From: Guillardia theta CCMP2712
Taxonomy: Eukaryota; Protista; Cryptophyta
Direction of reading: 5' to 3'
NCBI RefSeq assembly: GCF_000315625.1
Contig: NW_005434588.1
Coordinates: 71,528 to 135,527, forward strand
Length of the DNA stretch: 64,000 nt
Below are positions 11,234 through 36,579 of this stretch, in pieces. The position numbers were made by a program, and so were the translations under genes. The number at the start of each line of letters is the position of its first letter. The stretch's first letter is position 1. The notes under the pieces are model-generated. The model made no database searches. It was not told the origin of the DNA and saw only the letters and a list, made by a program, of their open reading frames with translations.

Positions 11234-12781
11234 TCACTTCTTCTTCTCTCCCAGCAGAGCAGAAGCGTCAGTAGGGACGGAGTTCTTGACATCCTGCCCC
11301 AAAGTCAGCAACTCTGCTCAGCCTTGCCCCTTCATCATACCGATGTGAAGTTGGTGAACGCAGTGTTCATAGTCTCTCCCCACTCAGCAGCATCCCACGT
11401 GACGCTCAGCTCCCCCACGTCCTGCACCCAGAACGGCAGCTCGTCGCCGCTGGCCGAGTAGAACTCTGGAAGGTACTTGAAGTACCTGAGACAAGAAAGT
11501 CAGAAGGATCGTAGACCTCCTGTCACATGTCTACCAGTATCCTCCTCCAAAAGTGACCACCATCCAGATGATAATCAAGATCACATTTCCCGTGGGAAGC
11601 AGCAACATGCCCGAAACTGAGATGACCAGGAAAGCCATTGCCGCATAGAACCTGAATGGCAAACGATCAAAACCTTCCCTGTCATGGTAGGAAGCATGAT
11701 GACGTCACCTTGTGCAAGACCAGGCGAGGAATAGAATGAAGGTCAACACGCAGAAGGAGGCGAAAAACGATCCAAAAACAACGAGCACGAAGCAAGGGGC
11801 CGTGGGCAAGCCGATGATGTCCAGCACATCGCAGAGGGGATACAACATGCAGCCAATCCCAATGTACATGAAGAGCAACGAGAGAAACGTAAGGTACGCC
11901 CTCGGCCGCATCTGCATCGATTCCCTTTCCTCGAGCTCCGCTATGCCTGGAGACAATCTCAATGACTGTCCGTCGGGTGTGAGGCCGTCAGACCTGCACT
12001 GGAAGGCTTCATGAACCCATTGTCCCACAGACTCTTACGGAAATCTTGATCTCTGCATATCAACACAGCCTGCCGGGATGGGGTGTCAAGAGGCATGGGA
12101 GGGCATCGTTCGAGGTTGACCTTCACTTCAGAGAAGATCGCCATGATCACTCCGATGATGAACAGTGAGTTTCCCACAAGCATCCAGATCGCCACTCCCT
12201 CAGCAAAGTCTGGCAGACGGTAACGTGAGACAGCTCGACGTCTCCGCATGAACTCACCAGGATGCTCTTTCTGGTAGGTGGCCAAGTTCCCCACAGCTTT
12301 GCGCACATTGAACTGCTGCACGTTCGGTCAGGAGAGAGGAGGCAGCCATGAATCAGCTACCCCTGACTGAGAAGACGTTGAGTTCTCTCCCATCCCTGCA
12401 AGTTCCTCCCCGACAAGAATGTTTCCAGCGCTCTCAGAGCGAGAATAGATGGACAGGGACACTACAGGCGGACGCACCCTGGCCTGCACCATAGAGCACT
12501 CAGTGACCAGGTGACGATGCTGCTGCTCAACAGTGGAGAGAGGGAGGAGGAAGAAATCGTGCGGCTGCTGAGAGGAAAGATTCTACCAAACAATCACGTC
12601 CCTCTCCCAACCTCCGTCAGCCCTCCATGGCAAACAGGAGGACATGGTGGGAAAGAGGACACATGTCTTGTATCGTTCTCGTCCTCGTTCTTCCTCTCTC
12701 CTCTCTCTCTCTTCTCACCTCTGCGCTGCATGCGCTCATGAGCGCCAACACCGCCAACGCAGCCATGCGCGCCGATGCCAT
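11234..12781 (-). CDS. Multi-exon signal-peptide, multi-pass membrane protein, TMEM43-like C-terminal region
   Basis: N-terminus MASARMAALAVLALMSACSAE; hydrophobic helices (AIWMLVGNSLFIIGVIMAIF; LTFLSLLFMYIGIGCMLYPLCDVLDIIG; CFVLVVFGSFFASFCVLTFILFLAW); ends ...LLGEKKK*. Confidence 0.55.
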
Positions 12782-12820
12782 GGCGAAGAGCCACCTAGTC
12801 TCGTTTGCCCTCATACAGGA

Positions 12821-12908
12821 TTTAAAAAAGTAAAACTTTGAAACCGTGAATGGTCAAAAACATTTCTTCTGAAGTTTGAACTTCAAACTTTCAAAGTTTC
12901 AAACTTTG
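12821..12908. promoter_or_regulatory. Cluster of TTTGAA/TTCAAA (CHR-like) motifs in a head-to-head promoter
   Basis: TTTGAA at 12837 and 12875; TTCAAA at 12882, 12890 and 12898; palindrome AAGTTTGAA-C-TTCAAACTT. Confidence 0.45.
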
Positions 12909-13030
12909 TGCACCCCTCTAAAGGATTCTTTGTGGTTCGATGGTGAAAGCGGGTGGCTAAGAGCGGCGGGAGGGAGAAGGAGCAGTTGAAGGAGGGGCTA
13001 CATCTGATCTCTTGAGAGAGACTTGCTGCC

Positions 13031-21423
<8,393 letters not shown>

Positions 21424-21710
21424 CATGTCAAACAATAAAGCAGAGTCTTCCTGCTGCTGGACTGGGGAGGAGGGGAAGGGCTGCTGGTGCTGGTGCTCGC
21501 ACTCAGTGTCGGACGGGGATCGGATCGGAACTGCCCGGCGGCCCGGCCCGGCTCAGTTGACTCATGGGAAGTTTGTCGCGCAAGGGAGTAGTTGGTAGGG
21601 GTCCTGTCTGCTGAATCAAGAGGGGGTGGGGGGTAGAAATAGAGGGGTTTATGCAGTCCAGAAGGAAGGAGCGGTGGGGGGTGGGTAGGGATTGTGGATA
21701 TAAGGGGAAA

Positions 21711-23135
21711 ATGGCAGAAAAACGACGACTGAGTATGGGATGGTCGCGAAGAACGATCAAGAGTTTGATGCTGACACATGTCGTCTTACCATCTTGTCTT
21801 GCTTTCACAACATCTCCAGGCCTGTCATGCCATCATAACAACAAGTTCAAGTATACAAGTTCCACTAGTCAGCGTCGCACGCCAGCAGCAAACATTGAGA
21901 TGCGGACTGTTGATGAGCCGGCGCAATGGTTGAGACATCTAAGAAGTGCAGTATGCTGCAACCTCTTCCTCCTCTCCTCCTTCATCGCGGATCCTTCCTT
22001 TGCACAGCCCGGCATGGCGGTATACGTAGATAAGTTCTGCTTCGAGATCCTTGACGCTACAAACACCCTCAGGGATACGTTGCTTCCGACTTGTCTGAGC
22101 TTGCTCCTGTTAGCAAAGATGGAAAACCTGGACCAATCCTGCTGGTTCCTCTCTTACAAGCCCAGAGATTGCTTCAGGAAGTAAACGAGAAGGTACGTCG
22201 GAGGAGGATGCGAGCAAATGACATAATTCAAGATGCTCAGATCCAGACAGGCGATGTGAAGCTGCTGAAAGAGGCAGATGTTGTGCTGTCAAAGAGTCCT
22301 TTCGTTCCTGTAAAGGAGATGAAGAGGCTGTTCAACCTGTACAGGTGCTGTCACTTGAAATTTTCTCGCCCTCTCCTCTCATATGAACGCCGTTGCTCTC
22401 CACAGTGACAACATTTACATCACCGATCCTTCCCGTAAGAACATGTACCTCGATGGATCAGCTATGCTGGGCCTCGGGCCCAGCACTTTTGGGTTCGGAA
22501 CCCTTTCAGTCGGTCAAGGTAGCATGTGAAAGATGCCTGTGCTCGTTGTTGACAACTCGCCTCCGGTCCTCAACGTGCAGGAGGAGCCGTGCCTGAGAGC
22601 AAAGAGACCCTCAGTTACTTGTGTGTCTTGCTCAGTTGCGATGAGGTTGCTCACTGATGATGATCAGGTACAGGAATGAGGCGCTGGACAACCTGGATGC
22701 CCTCCAGGCAGAGCTAAAGTTCATCCTGAAGCAGGTGAAGGGTTGTTGGAGCTGTGTTGTGATCAGTTGCATGGCTGTAAGAGGACGTGAGGGGATGGAG
22801 GAGCAGGAGGAGCAGGAAGAACAGGAAGAACAGGAGGAGCAGGAGGAGCAGGAGGAGCAGGAGGAGCAGCTGACGGCAGGAGCAGGGGGAAGCAGGGAAG
22901 ACAGAGGACATGCAAGATCTGAGGACATACATGAAGGTAATGGAGACTGAAAGGAACTTTATGATGATTTTCACTCGTCATCTGCAGAAATTGCTGGACA
23001 GTTTTGACAAGTATCTCAAGACACTACCCGAGGTGATGAGGGACAACGGAGGGGTAGTCGTTGTAGGGCTGACCAGCAAGTTTTCTGCAGGCTGATGTGG
23101 GGCAGGCGAGCAGATATGCGGACATGAAGAAGTAG
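21711..23135 (+). CDS. Multi-exon protein with bipartite signal, probably plastid-targeted (possibly thylakoid lumen)
   Basis: ...MLTHVVLPSCLA-FTTSPG (signal peptide followed by Phe, typical of complex-plastid targeting); second hydrophobic stretch ending PSFA; helical mature part YRNEALDNLDALQAELKFILKQ; ends ...ADMKK*. Confidence 0.55.
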
Positions 23136-23317
23136 AAGGAAAGAGAGATAAAGATATCGTGATTGGAATGATGACGATGATGATGAAACCATGATGATGG
23201 AGATGGAGGAGGAGCTGGTGGTGGTGATGATGGTGATGGTGATGGAGATAGTGTAAAGAAATAGCGATAGCAAGAACATTGTCGCACATTTATCACATCT
23301 GCACATGATTGTAGCTC

Positions 23318-23451
23318 TTACATCATCCTCTGCTCCTCCATTAAGAAGGAAGTTGGCAAGTCAGACGTCCTTTCAAACTCCTCGTCCTCTTCCTCTTGTC
23401 GTTGCCGTTGCCAACTTCGTTCCCCTCCCCTATCACCCCCTCCGCGAGATA

Positions 23452-23495
<44 letters not shown>

Positions 23496-24071
23496 TATCA
23501 GCTCTTCTTCGTCCTCAGAAAGTCATTCCTCTGTCTCCGACAGCACCGGCTCCTCGTCCTGCAGTGGGGAAGGGATCGACGTTCTTTCGCTCCCTGCTCG
23601 ATCTGTTGGTCTTTCTCAAATTCTTCTTCCTCCCTCTGGCCGGCCTCTGAGTCAGCGCCTTCTCTCCTCCTGCTCCTCGAGGTCACTTGGCAGATGCTGC
23701 TGCTCACGAACGAACCTGACGGTTGAAGCTGAAGCTCTCCGGAGGCTCCGGTGGGCAGCTGGTGGAGGGAGAGAGCTTGAGTACAGACGCCACAGGAGGA
23801 GAAAGACGAGAGGAAGGGAGGAGAGGAAAGAGAGGGGGAGGGGAGGGCAGAGTGGAGAGGGAGGGAGGGAGGGAGGGAGGGATGCGCAAGTAGACGAGGA
23901 AAAAGGCAGGGATGAAGAGAAATGCGGGGGAGAGCAGAGGGCAGAGGAAGAAGAGCGAGCAAGGAAAGTTTGCATGTCAAACCCTGAGGTTGTTGGTGGT
24001 TGTAGAAATTGTAGTTGTGGATGAGCAGGTGATGGAGGAGGCGAAAGGTGGGGAGAAATTGGAGGAGGAGC

Positions 24072-24135
<64 letters not shown>

Positions 24136-26804
24136 TTATTCGACCTGCTGTGGTTTCTCAGGTGCTTCAGTTTGTTCTGATTTCTTGAGAAACGTTGATG
24201 AGCGTCTTGAGGTGAAGAAGGATAAGTTACCTGCTGCCATGCTATCCGTTCCTTATGCTCCTCCCACTGTCTGACTCGTGACGTCTGCGGTTGACCGATG
24301 ATTTGCCTCATCTACATCATGACCATTACTGCCTCCTCCTCCTCCTCCTCCTCCTCCTCCTCCTCCTCCTCCTCCTCCTCCTCCTCCTCCTTCTCCATTC
24401 TTTCTACTTCTCTAGCGCCTCCACATGGGTTCAAACCTGAAAAGGCAGCAATTTCTTCTTGTAGCGGTCAAGGTTGGAGTCTGACTCTTCAGTTTTCTTC
24501 TCCTCTTCCTTCTTGGGCAGCTGTTTCAGCCACCTGTTTCACGTCAGAGTACAACAGAGCTGAATGTAGTCAGGGGGAGAGATTCAATGGCGATGGTCCG
24601 CGATGAGTGAAGGGAGGGAGGAGGGAGTGAGACACTGAAGATGATGGAGGTGATGAAGGTATAGAAAAGAAGGGAAAGGGTGCAAGAGAAAGGAGGAAAG
24701 CTGAGGAGGAGCGCAGCAGGGGTGGCACGAGGAGATATGGTGGTTGAGGAGGAGTGGGAGATATCTGTAGGAGGAGAGGAGGCAAGAGGAAGAGGAGGTC
24801 AGGAGGAGGTCAGGAGGAGGTCAGGAGGTCAGGAGGAGGTCAGGAGGTCAGGAGGTCAGGAGGAGACCTTGCGGAGGCAAAGGAGGTGGGCAATCCGTGA
24901 GCTCTCATCTCAAGTGCTTCTTCATTGGAGTTGTCGACGTTGATTGCGAAGGGAGCGAGCTCTTCCATCTGTCCGAGAAATGGTGAAAGGGAGTAGGAGG
25001 AGGAGTAGGAGGAGTAGGAGGGAGAGGGAGAGGGAGAGGGAGAGGGAGTGGAAGGAAGATGGGGAGGTATGTGAGAGGAAGGAGTTGGAAGAGGAGGGCT
25101 GGTACCGTAAGAGCGTCTTGGATGGCTCTTGTTCCATTTTCTATCCTCTCTCGCTGCAGCAGTTGTTCGCGTTCCTCCTGAGCTTCCCTGCGAGGAGGGA
25201 ATGATGCAGATGGAGGAGCGCAGGGAAGGGAAGGGAGGAGGTAATGTCCGTCAGGAGGGGAAAAGAGGATATGAATGGGTAGTAGATGGTACGAGCAGGA
25301 GGAAAGGAGACAGGAAGGATTAGGACGACAGTCAGCATTTCAGAGGAGGAGAGGCCTTGCTCACCGGAGATCGGCTGGAATAGGAGCCTCTTCTTCTTTG
25401 TACAGCGTCATTTCCTGGGGGAAAGTCCAAGATCCCTGTTGGGAGAAGTGAGCATGAAAAATAATGTTGGGATTTCACGTTTTGACCTCCTGGTATTGCT
25501 CTATCAATCTCGCATCGTCTTTCTTGAGATCCCCTGCCAGTCTCATCCCATCTTCACTCTCCTCTTCATCCCATGGCGTCTTCTCATCTTGAAATTCCAA
25601 CGCTCCTTGCTGAGGAAACTTGTGAACAAACAGCACCTTTCATCATTTGTAGACTTACCACCTGCACATTTTCTATCGCTCTCATTTCATTCTCCTCCTG
25701 CCTCTTCATTTCCAATCTCATCTGCTCTCGCTCGATCAGACCGTCGACGATTCTTTGCTCTCTTTCTTGCGCCGTCTCCTCCATGAGATCGTAGGCTCTG
25801 TTCTTGGGAGGAGCAATCAGTCCTGCATGTACGTCATTGGGCGCTCCTGACCACACAGAGCTAACGTTGGAACGCCGACATGGCAGGAGAGTCGTCAAAA
25901 GCTTGCGGATAGGTGGGACGAGGAAACAGAGCATGGTCAGGAGGCTCTTTGATTTCTTCATCATCTACATCAATCTGCCCAAAAGCTTTCCCTGCCAGAG
26001 GAGTGGGATCGAACGCCTGCTCTTGTACATGCTCCTGTTGCTCCTCCTCTACTCTCTCCTCGGTCCTGTCAGCTACCGGACCCATCAGACGTCAGTGATA
26101 CGTACAGGATCTCTACCTGCTTTTCCCTCGGCCAGCGATCTCTTGGGATGGAAGCGGTTGGAAGGAGCCGCCTCCTTCAAAATCTTGAGGTGATCGCTGT
26201 GTGACACCGGTTTTCTCCTCCTCAGCAGCTCTTTGAACTTGAACAGGTTGAGCTCCCTGACCTTCACCTCGGAAGACTCTTCTTCAGCATCGGGGTTGAG
26301 AAAGTCCTTGAGCTCTCCGTTCCTGTGGAATATCTGCTGGTTGGTGAACAAGGGGCCCTGCGCCCCTTCCACCGGCTCATTGGCTGACGACCATGAAAAC
26401 ACTTCAGGCGAGCTCAGCCTTTCATCCATCAACTCCTCGTACATCTGGTCTATATCGTTCTCTTCAGTATTCTCAAGCACTTCATTCATCTCGTTCAGTC
26501 TCTCAACGAACTCAGGGTCGTCTTCCGAAGCATCATCGTCGTCCAGGTCCTGACTGTTGGGTCCCACGTAGAAGGAAGAAAGGTTCTGTGCGCTTAAGTT
26601 GAAGTAGCGGGCGTAGCTCCTGTTGAAGACTGTTGCTACTTGCCACATCATCTTACGGTCTGTCATCGTCAAAGGTAAATCCACTCCGAACATCTCCTCG
26701 AAGCTTGATCGGTTCCGCCCCCGCTCCGTCCTCATCGCATCCACGCTGACAAGGAGCCCAAAGAGCGAGATGGTGGCGAGAAATTGTAAACTCTTTCTTG
26801 TCAT
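23318..26804 (-). CDS. Hypothetical multi-exon protein with signal peptide and acidic/low-complexity regions
   Basis: First exon MTRKSLQFLATISLFGLLVSVDA...; downstream exons separated by short GT-AG and microsatellite introns; 3' end approximate. Confidence 0.55.
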
Positions 26805-27056
26805 GTCCTATCCCTCACAAGACCACCGACTCTTGACACTGCTTTCCTCTTCGTCGTTCAGAGCTCCCTTCATCACGCCTCCTCCATTATCTCATTGCTC
26901 TTCTGCTGCTTCACCACCACCTCTTGATTCCTCCTCCTCCTCCTCCTCCTCCTCCTCCTCCTCCTCCTCATCTCCCTCGATGCGCCTGCTCAGTGCCATT
27001 TCAACCTCTGCCTTCAGGCCATGCGTGTTGATGAACTAATAAAACTTCTCTGCCTT

Positions 27057-28433
27057 TTATATTTTATTTATGCAATTCTGAGGGGAGCTTGTATTGATGA
27101 CCTCAAGGTACCCTCGACATGATCTTGAAGATCTTGCCCCTGCACAGCGATGTTTCTGGGAAGTCCATTGACCAACAGGGAAACTTCCAGCCATAGACAC
27201 ACAGGGAACTTCCTCTAAGTTACCAGCAAACTAGTTTCATCTTTATAGCACCATGATCTCTTCCTTCCTTCGAGGAAGAGCATTCCCAAGAAGCATCGGC
27301 ATTGGTCATTGCAAGTGCAGAAGTGGCATGTCAGAGCCGCAGGACATTCCAAATGATATCGACAGTTGGTTTCCGTCATGTCGCCCTCTCCATGAACATA
27401 AATTTCTCGAACCCGGATAGTGTCAAATATACTGAGGATGCATCTGTTTTTGTTTGAAAAAGAAATGAACAACAAGCTGCATGTCATGCGGCTGTAAACT
27501 AGGACTTTCTTCCTTGAAACTGCCTTTCTCTCATGGAAGCGAGGTACTCCTTCAGATTAGCGTCAGCAAACCTCATGGAGGTACCTCCCCCTTCACCTGT
27601 TCTCCTTTCATCTTCGTGATCTGAGCTTGATCCCATCGCCACCCCACCTTGTTCGTGTCAACTTCTTTGCGGCAAGACGTCAGCTCGAAGCATCGCATGC
27701 GCTCGTCCTCTGACCTTCTCCCTTCAGGCTCAGGGCAGATGATCTACCAAAGGGTGAGTAACGCTTGCCTCTAGTTGGAGTAACTCATGCACAATTGCCT
27801 TACTTCCTTGCCGATCTTGGCTTGATATACAGCAAGTTGCTATCCCTTTCTTCCTTTCTAGGAACCCGCGCCGACATCAAAGCCTTGGGAAGTAAGAGGA
27901 GTGAGAACAGGTACAGCAGCTGTCATGTATCCTTACCCGTGATGGGTTTGATCGCATTTCAATAGCCTGTGTACATGAACTTGTTACAAAGAAATCTCAG
28001 AAGTTGCAGACTTGATGACAACCTTCTGCACTTTTTCAGCGACCTGATATGCCCTGCGATGCCTTTGCCTCACACTGTCCTTTTTCCTATCTTCATCCCT
28101 CCTAGCCAGCACGGCTCTGTCTCGTTTGGAGGGACCTTGATGCAACTACATTGCGGCTGAGTACATCACACACAAAAGTCTTCATCGAACCTTTGTTATC
28201 CCTCCATTCCTGAAGGCTTTCATTATCCTCTTCTCCTCCTCGTCCAGAGGGAGCCACTTCTGCAGCTTCTTCAGCAAGCCCCCTCCTCGTAATCGCAGCA
28301 CAAAGACAGTGTTGCATCCAGCGATAGCAGTCTGATCAGCATGAACGATGTCTACACCATTGAACGCAAGGTGAGCCATCAACAGCAGTCCAGCGATCCT
28401 TGACATGCAAACCCTGTCCCTTCTCAGGATCAT
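27057..28433 (-). CDS. Hypothetical multi-exon protein with signal peptide and VLRLRGG motif
   Basis: MSRIAGLLLMAHLAFNG...TVFVLRLRGGGLLKK; several short exons with GT-AG introns; 3' end approximate. Confidence 0.55.
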
Positions 28434-28657
28434 GGTGATCTATCGAGCAGAGGAGGGAAGAGACAGGCACAAGGAGCAATGCGTGAGGTGTCTGGATGAG
28501 TTGACTTGTCTTCTCGTCATCATCTCTCCTTCTTGTCCCGCTATCCCCCTGCCCCGCATTGCGGCCGCATCTCCCCACGACCGCAGGTCCTCATACCCAC
28601 TCAGACCGCTACACATCATCACCCTCATTTCCTGTATCTCTTCGAGTTGTACCTTTC

Positions 28658-30811
28658 ATGGCGGCGCGACGGTGCGGGATGCGGGGGATGCGACAAGGGC
28701 GGTGACAGAGATGAAGATGTGCTGAGGGAGAAGAGGTGAAGGTACCTTGATGACTTGCCCATCTCTTGGTCCTGAATCAATGGCTGAAGGATGCTTCACC
28801 GGTCCTGACCCTGTCCTGGCTACCTGTAGTGCATTGGTCTTGGTGAGTTTCATAGATTTATGTGAGACCTTCTCTCTTCGATGGAGTTGTTTTGATGATT
28901 GCTCTGATACACCTTCCCCTTTCTAGAAACTTGTGAAGACCATGAAGACCATCTCTAGTGGAGGAGAGTTTCAGCAAGTCCCGTACTCTGACGGTAACTG
29001 AACTCTGTGCCTGTGGTATGTCTTGCATCTCGATTCTGACTGCTCCTGGACGCAGGGCTGGTTTACAACACGAGGACGAAGAAGACTACACATGAGGTGA
29101 AAGATGAGGACTGTTGTACCATTCCGTGTCTGATGGGCGCTGGGTCGTTTGTAGCAAGCATTCTTCAAGCTGGGAGGGAAAAGTCCTCCTGCTCCGAACA
29201 TTCGACTCATGTCAGATCTCCTGCTTTGCTGTCAATCGTACCCATTGACAAGCTTTCAGATGTCATGATGTCTTTGAAGGGAACGACAAAAGAGAAGTAC
29301 GGGCGCTGGGTACCCGATCGATGGAGCATGATGTTTTTGTTGTAGATAGTCATCTCTGGAGATATGACATGGTCCGACACTTTAAATGTGTTACATGAAT
29401 CGTATGGAAGGGTGATGAAGAGATTCTGATGATGGCGATGATGACGATGTTGACTTTCACTTGTACAGCCGACGGTCTTCGAATATCAGAACCAGTTCTA
29501 CAAGATGGGTGGGAAAGAGTCGTTCCCGCTAGTGATCACGGCTGATCGACTTGACAGAGCGGGTAGACGACGAGGACAAGTTCCTCAAGTTTTGCATCCT
29601 GCTGGAAAACTCAGCTCTGCATGTGAGAGGATGGTGACGTCTGTGAAGGACAAGGCGAGCTGAATGCCGTTGCTTGCAGAACAAGGAGCCTTCAAGGGAA
29701 GTTTTCGTGAGGTTCTGGGACAAGAAGGTATTGACTTTACTCCTTTCACATGGTCGATGTATTGAGATTGAATCATAACAGCCGGCGACGGTTCAATCTC
29801 CATCGGATCAGATGAAGAATGTCTGGTTGTCTTCATCTCAAACTCTGTCTCATCAGTGCTCGCAACAGTCCATGTCTGGACCAGTTGATACTGGCGAGCC
29901 CTGGAGCTCTGGCCTCTTTTCATGCTCCGGAGGTTTTCTAGACTTGCTACAAGTGAGTTTAGATGCCGATCCTGTTGTCTCGTCTGAGATCTCATCGCCT
30001 CTCAGGCTTGTTTCTGCCCTTGTCTGCCGTACGCCGCCATCTCGGCAAGCCTCGGTCAGAGCTATCGGTGAAGTTTGTGCTTATGTGGCGAAATAGCGCC
30101 TTGAGACATGTTGACTATTCCTGTCTCTACGAACAGGTCGAGCTGTTTGTGCCGCGTGTTCGGTTCCAGTCCGATGACCCTCTTGTTGAGACAGAAATTC
30201 CGACGAACACACCAGGTGAAATATTGCTGTCTGTTGAGTTTGTTGGATGCTGACAAGTGGTGGAGATCTCTGAAAGAAATTCTCACGACATCGTCGCCTC
30301 ATGGTCTTGTTTCTCTTGTTGTCTGGTTTGGTCGCAAACGAATTGAGAGACGATGCAGCTGCTGTGAACCTTGTGCTCTCGTTCAGATGCAACGACATCT
30401 GAAGGAGAAAGGGTCGGATGACACCAACGGCAAGGAAGATGAGGTTTGTTGACATGTTGACATGTTGACACAATCCTGCTGACTTTGTCTCAGGAGAGCG
30501 CTAGCCATGCCTGGGAGGCTCCGCTTTGTTGCGATATTCGGGATAGCCAATCGTGCATTAGATGTTTGTTCGTGTGTTGTCAGATGAGGCCTTGACAACG
30601 CACTCTTGTCTCAGGGTTGACAGCCTGCTTTTGTAGCCCTTGTGTGTTCGGTAGGGTGCGAAATATCATGTTGCAAGGTAGGGGAGAGAAGCATCTGCTG
30701 CCAAGCTGAGGAGCTTCACAGGCGATGAGAAGAAGATCAATCGAACCAGTTGTCTCCTGTACTTCTGCTGCATGTGTTCGCCGATGCTCTATGGGATGAT
30801 TGGTATGACGT

Positions 30812-30866
<55 letters not shown>

Positions 30867-31220
30867 ATACTGATACGGATTATGCAAACTTCTCATTTCG
30901 ATTTTGAATTGCTTTGGACGGCAGGAGGTGCGTCAAGGACTCAGCTTCGTCTCGATCGTTCGCTCTCGGTCTTCTCTTCGTTTTCTTCCTCCTCCTCTCC
31001 TCTGAGTAGCCGCAGGGCTCTCCTTGCTCCGATTGCCTGCTCCACACCTTCTGCTCCTCCTGTGCTCTCTATCAAGAGGTGAGAATAGATCTGTTTTCCC
31101 ACCTCGTTGTCATCGTCCTCGTCCTTGTCCTCCTGCTCCTCGTCCTCGTCCTGCTCCTCGTCCTTGTCCTGCTTCTCGTCCTCGTCCTGCTCCTCGTCCT
31201 GCTCCCCCTGCTCTTCCTCG

Positions 31221-31253
<33 letters not shown>

Positions 31254-31713
31254 CCGTACTGCTCCTGCTCCTGCTCCTGCTCCTCCTGCTCCTGCTCGTC
31301 GTCCTCGTCATCCTCGTCCTCTTCCTCCTTACTGGCTGTAGGCTGTGACCGTTGGCATCTGGCCGAAGCGAGCGACTTCAAAGAAACCCAAGGGGCAGAA
31401 GAGCAGGAAGAAGGACAAAGCAGAGGAGGGCGAAGAGGAGCAGGAGCAGGAGCAGGAGGAGGTGCAGGAGAAAGGAGAGAAGAAACAAGAGGACAAAGAA
31501 GAGAAGAAGGAAGATGGAGGCGAGAAGGGGCAAGGGAAAGAAGAGCAGAAAGGAGAGGATGGAAAGGAGGAGGACAAGGATGGAAATGTCGACCGAGACG
31601 CCGAAGGAGGAGAAGCAGGAGGGGTTGGCGACGACTCGGATCGACAGGAAGGGGAAGAAGCAAAGAAGAAGGCGGAGCAGGCGCCGATAGATCCTGATAA
31701 CATCGCAGTGTGA
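28658..31713 (+). CDS. PLAC8 (Cys-rich) domain protein, many exons, acidic C-terminus
   Basis: Spliced: GEPWSSGLFSC...ACFCPCLPYA...LLLRQKFRRTHQ...CCEPCALVQMQRHL; a second degenerate PLAC8 start (WEAPLCCD...ACFCSPCVFG); start uncertain. Confidence 0.7.
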
Positions 31714-31858
31714 TGAAGAGACGAGCAGCAAAAGACTTTCATTAGAATTGAAAAGAAATGTCAACTCTTGCGAAGTGATTCTATTTTCCAGCTTGTTCTC
31801 GAATTGAAATTTCATCGTGAGTTGATTACCATCTCGTCGCCTCCCAAGATGGTCTCAC

Positions 31859-35646
<3,788 letters not shown>

Positions 35647-36448
35647 NNNNNNNNNNNNNNNNNNNNNNNNNNNNNNNNNNNNNNNNNNNNNNNNNNNNNN
35701 NNNNNNNNNNNNNNNNNNNNNNNNNNNNNNNNNNNNNNNNNNNNNNNNNNNNNNNNNNNNNNNNNNNNNNNNNNNNNNNNNNNNNNNNNNNNNNNNNNNN
35801 NNNNNNNNNNNNNNNNNNNNNNNNNNNNNNNNNNNNNNNNNNNNNNNNNNNNNNNNNNNNNNNNNNNNNNNNNNNNNNNNNNNNNNNNNNNNNNNNNNNN
35901 NNNNNNNNNNNNNNNNNNNNNNNNNNNNNNNNNNNNNNNNNNNNNNNNNNNNNNNNNNNNNNNNNNNNNNNNNNNNNNNNNNNNNNNNNNNNNNNNNNNN
36001 NNNNNNNNNNNNNNNNNNNNNNNNNNNNNNNNNNNNNNNNNNNNNNNNNNNNNNNNNNNNNNNNNNNNNNNNNNNNNNNNNNNNNNNNNNNNNNNNNNNN
36101 NNNNNNNNNNNNNNNNNNNNNNNNNNNNNNNNNNNNNNNNNNNNNNNNNNNNNNNNNNNNNNNNNNNNNNNNNNNNNNNNNNNNNNNNNNNNNNNNNNNN
36201 NNNNNNNNNNNNNNNNNNNNNNNNNNNNNNNNNNNNNNNNNNNNNNNNNNNNNNNNNNNNNNNNNNNNNNNNNNNNNNNNNNNNNNNNNNNNNNNNNNNN
36301 NNNNNNNNNNNNNNNNNNNNNNNNNNNNNNNNNNNNNNNNNNNNNNNNNNNNNNNNNNNNNNNNNNNNNNNNNNNNNNNNNNNNNNNNNNNNNNNNNNNN
36401 NNNNNNNNNNNNNNNNNNNNNNNNNNNNNNNNNNNNNNNNNNNNNNNN
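35647..36448. other. Assembly gap
   Basis: Run of N. Confidence 1.
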
Positions 36449-36579
36449 GAGGAGAGGAGAGGAGAGGAGAGGAGAGGAGAGGAGAGGAGACGAGACGAGA
36501 TGAGACGAGATGAGACGAGACGAGAAGGGAAGGGAAGGGAAGGTAATGAATTGGATGAGATGAGTTGAGATGAGTTGAG

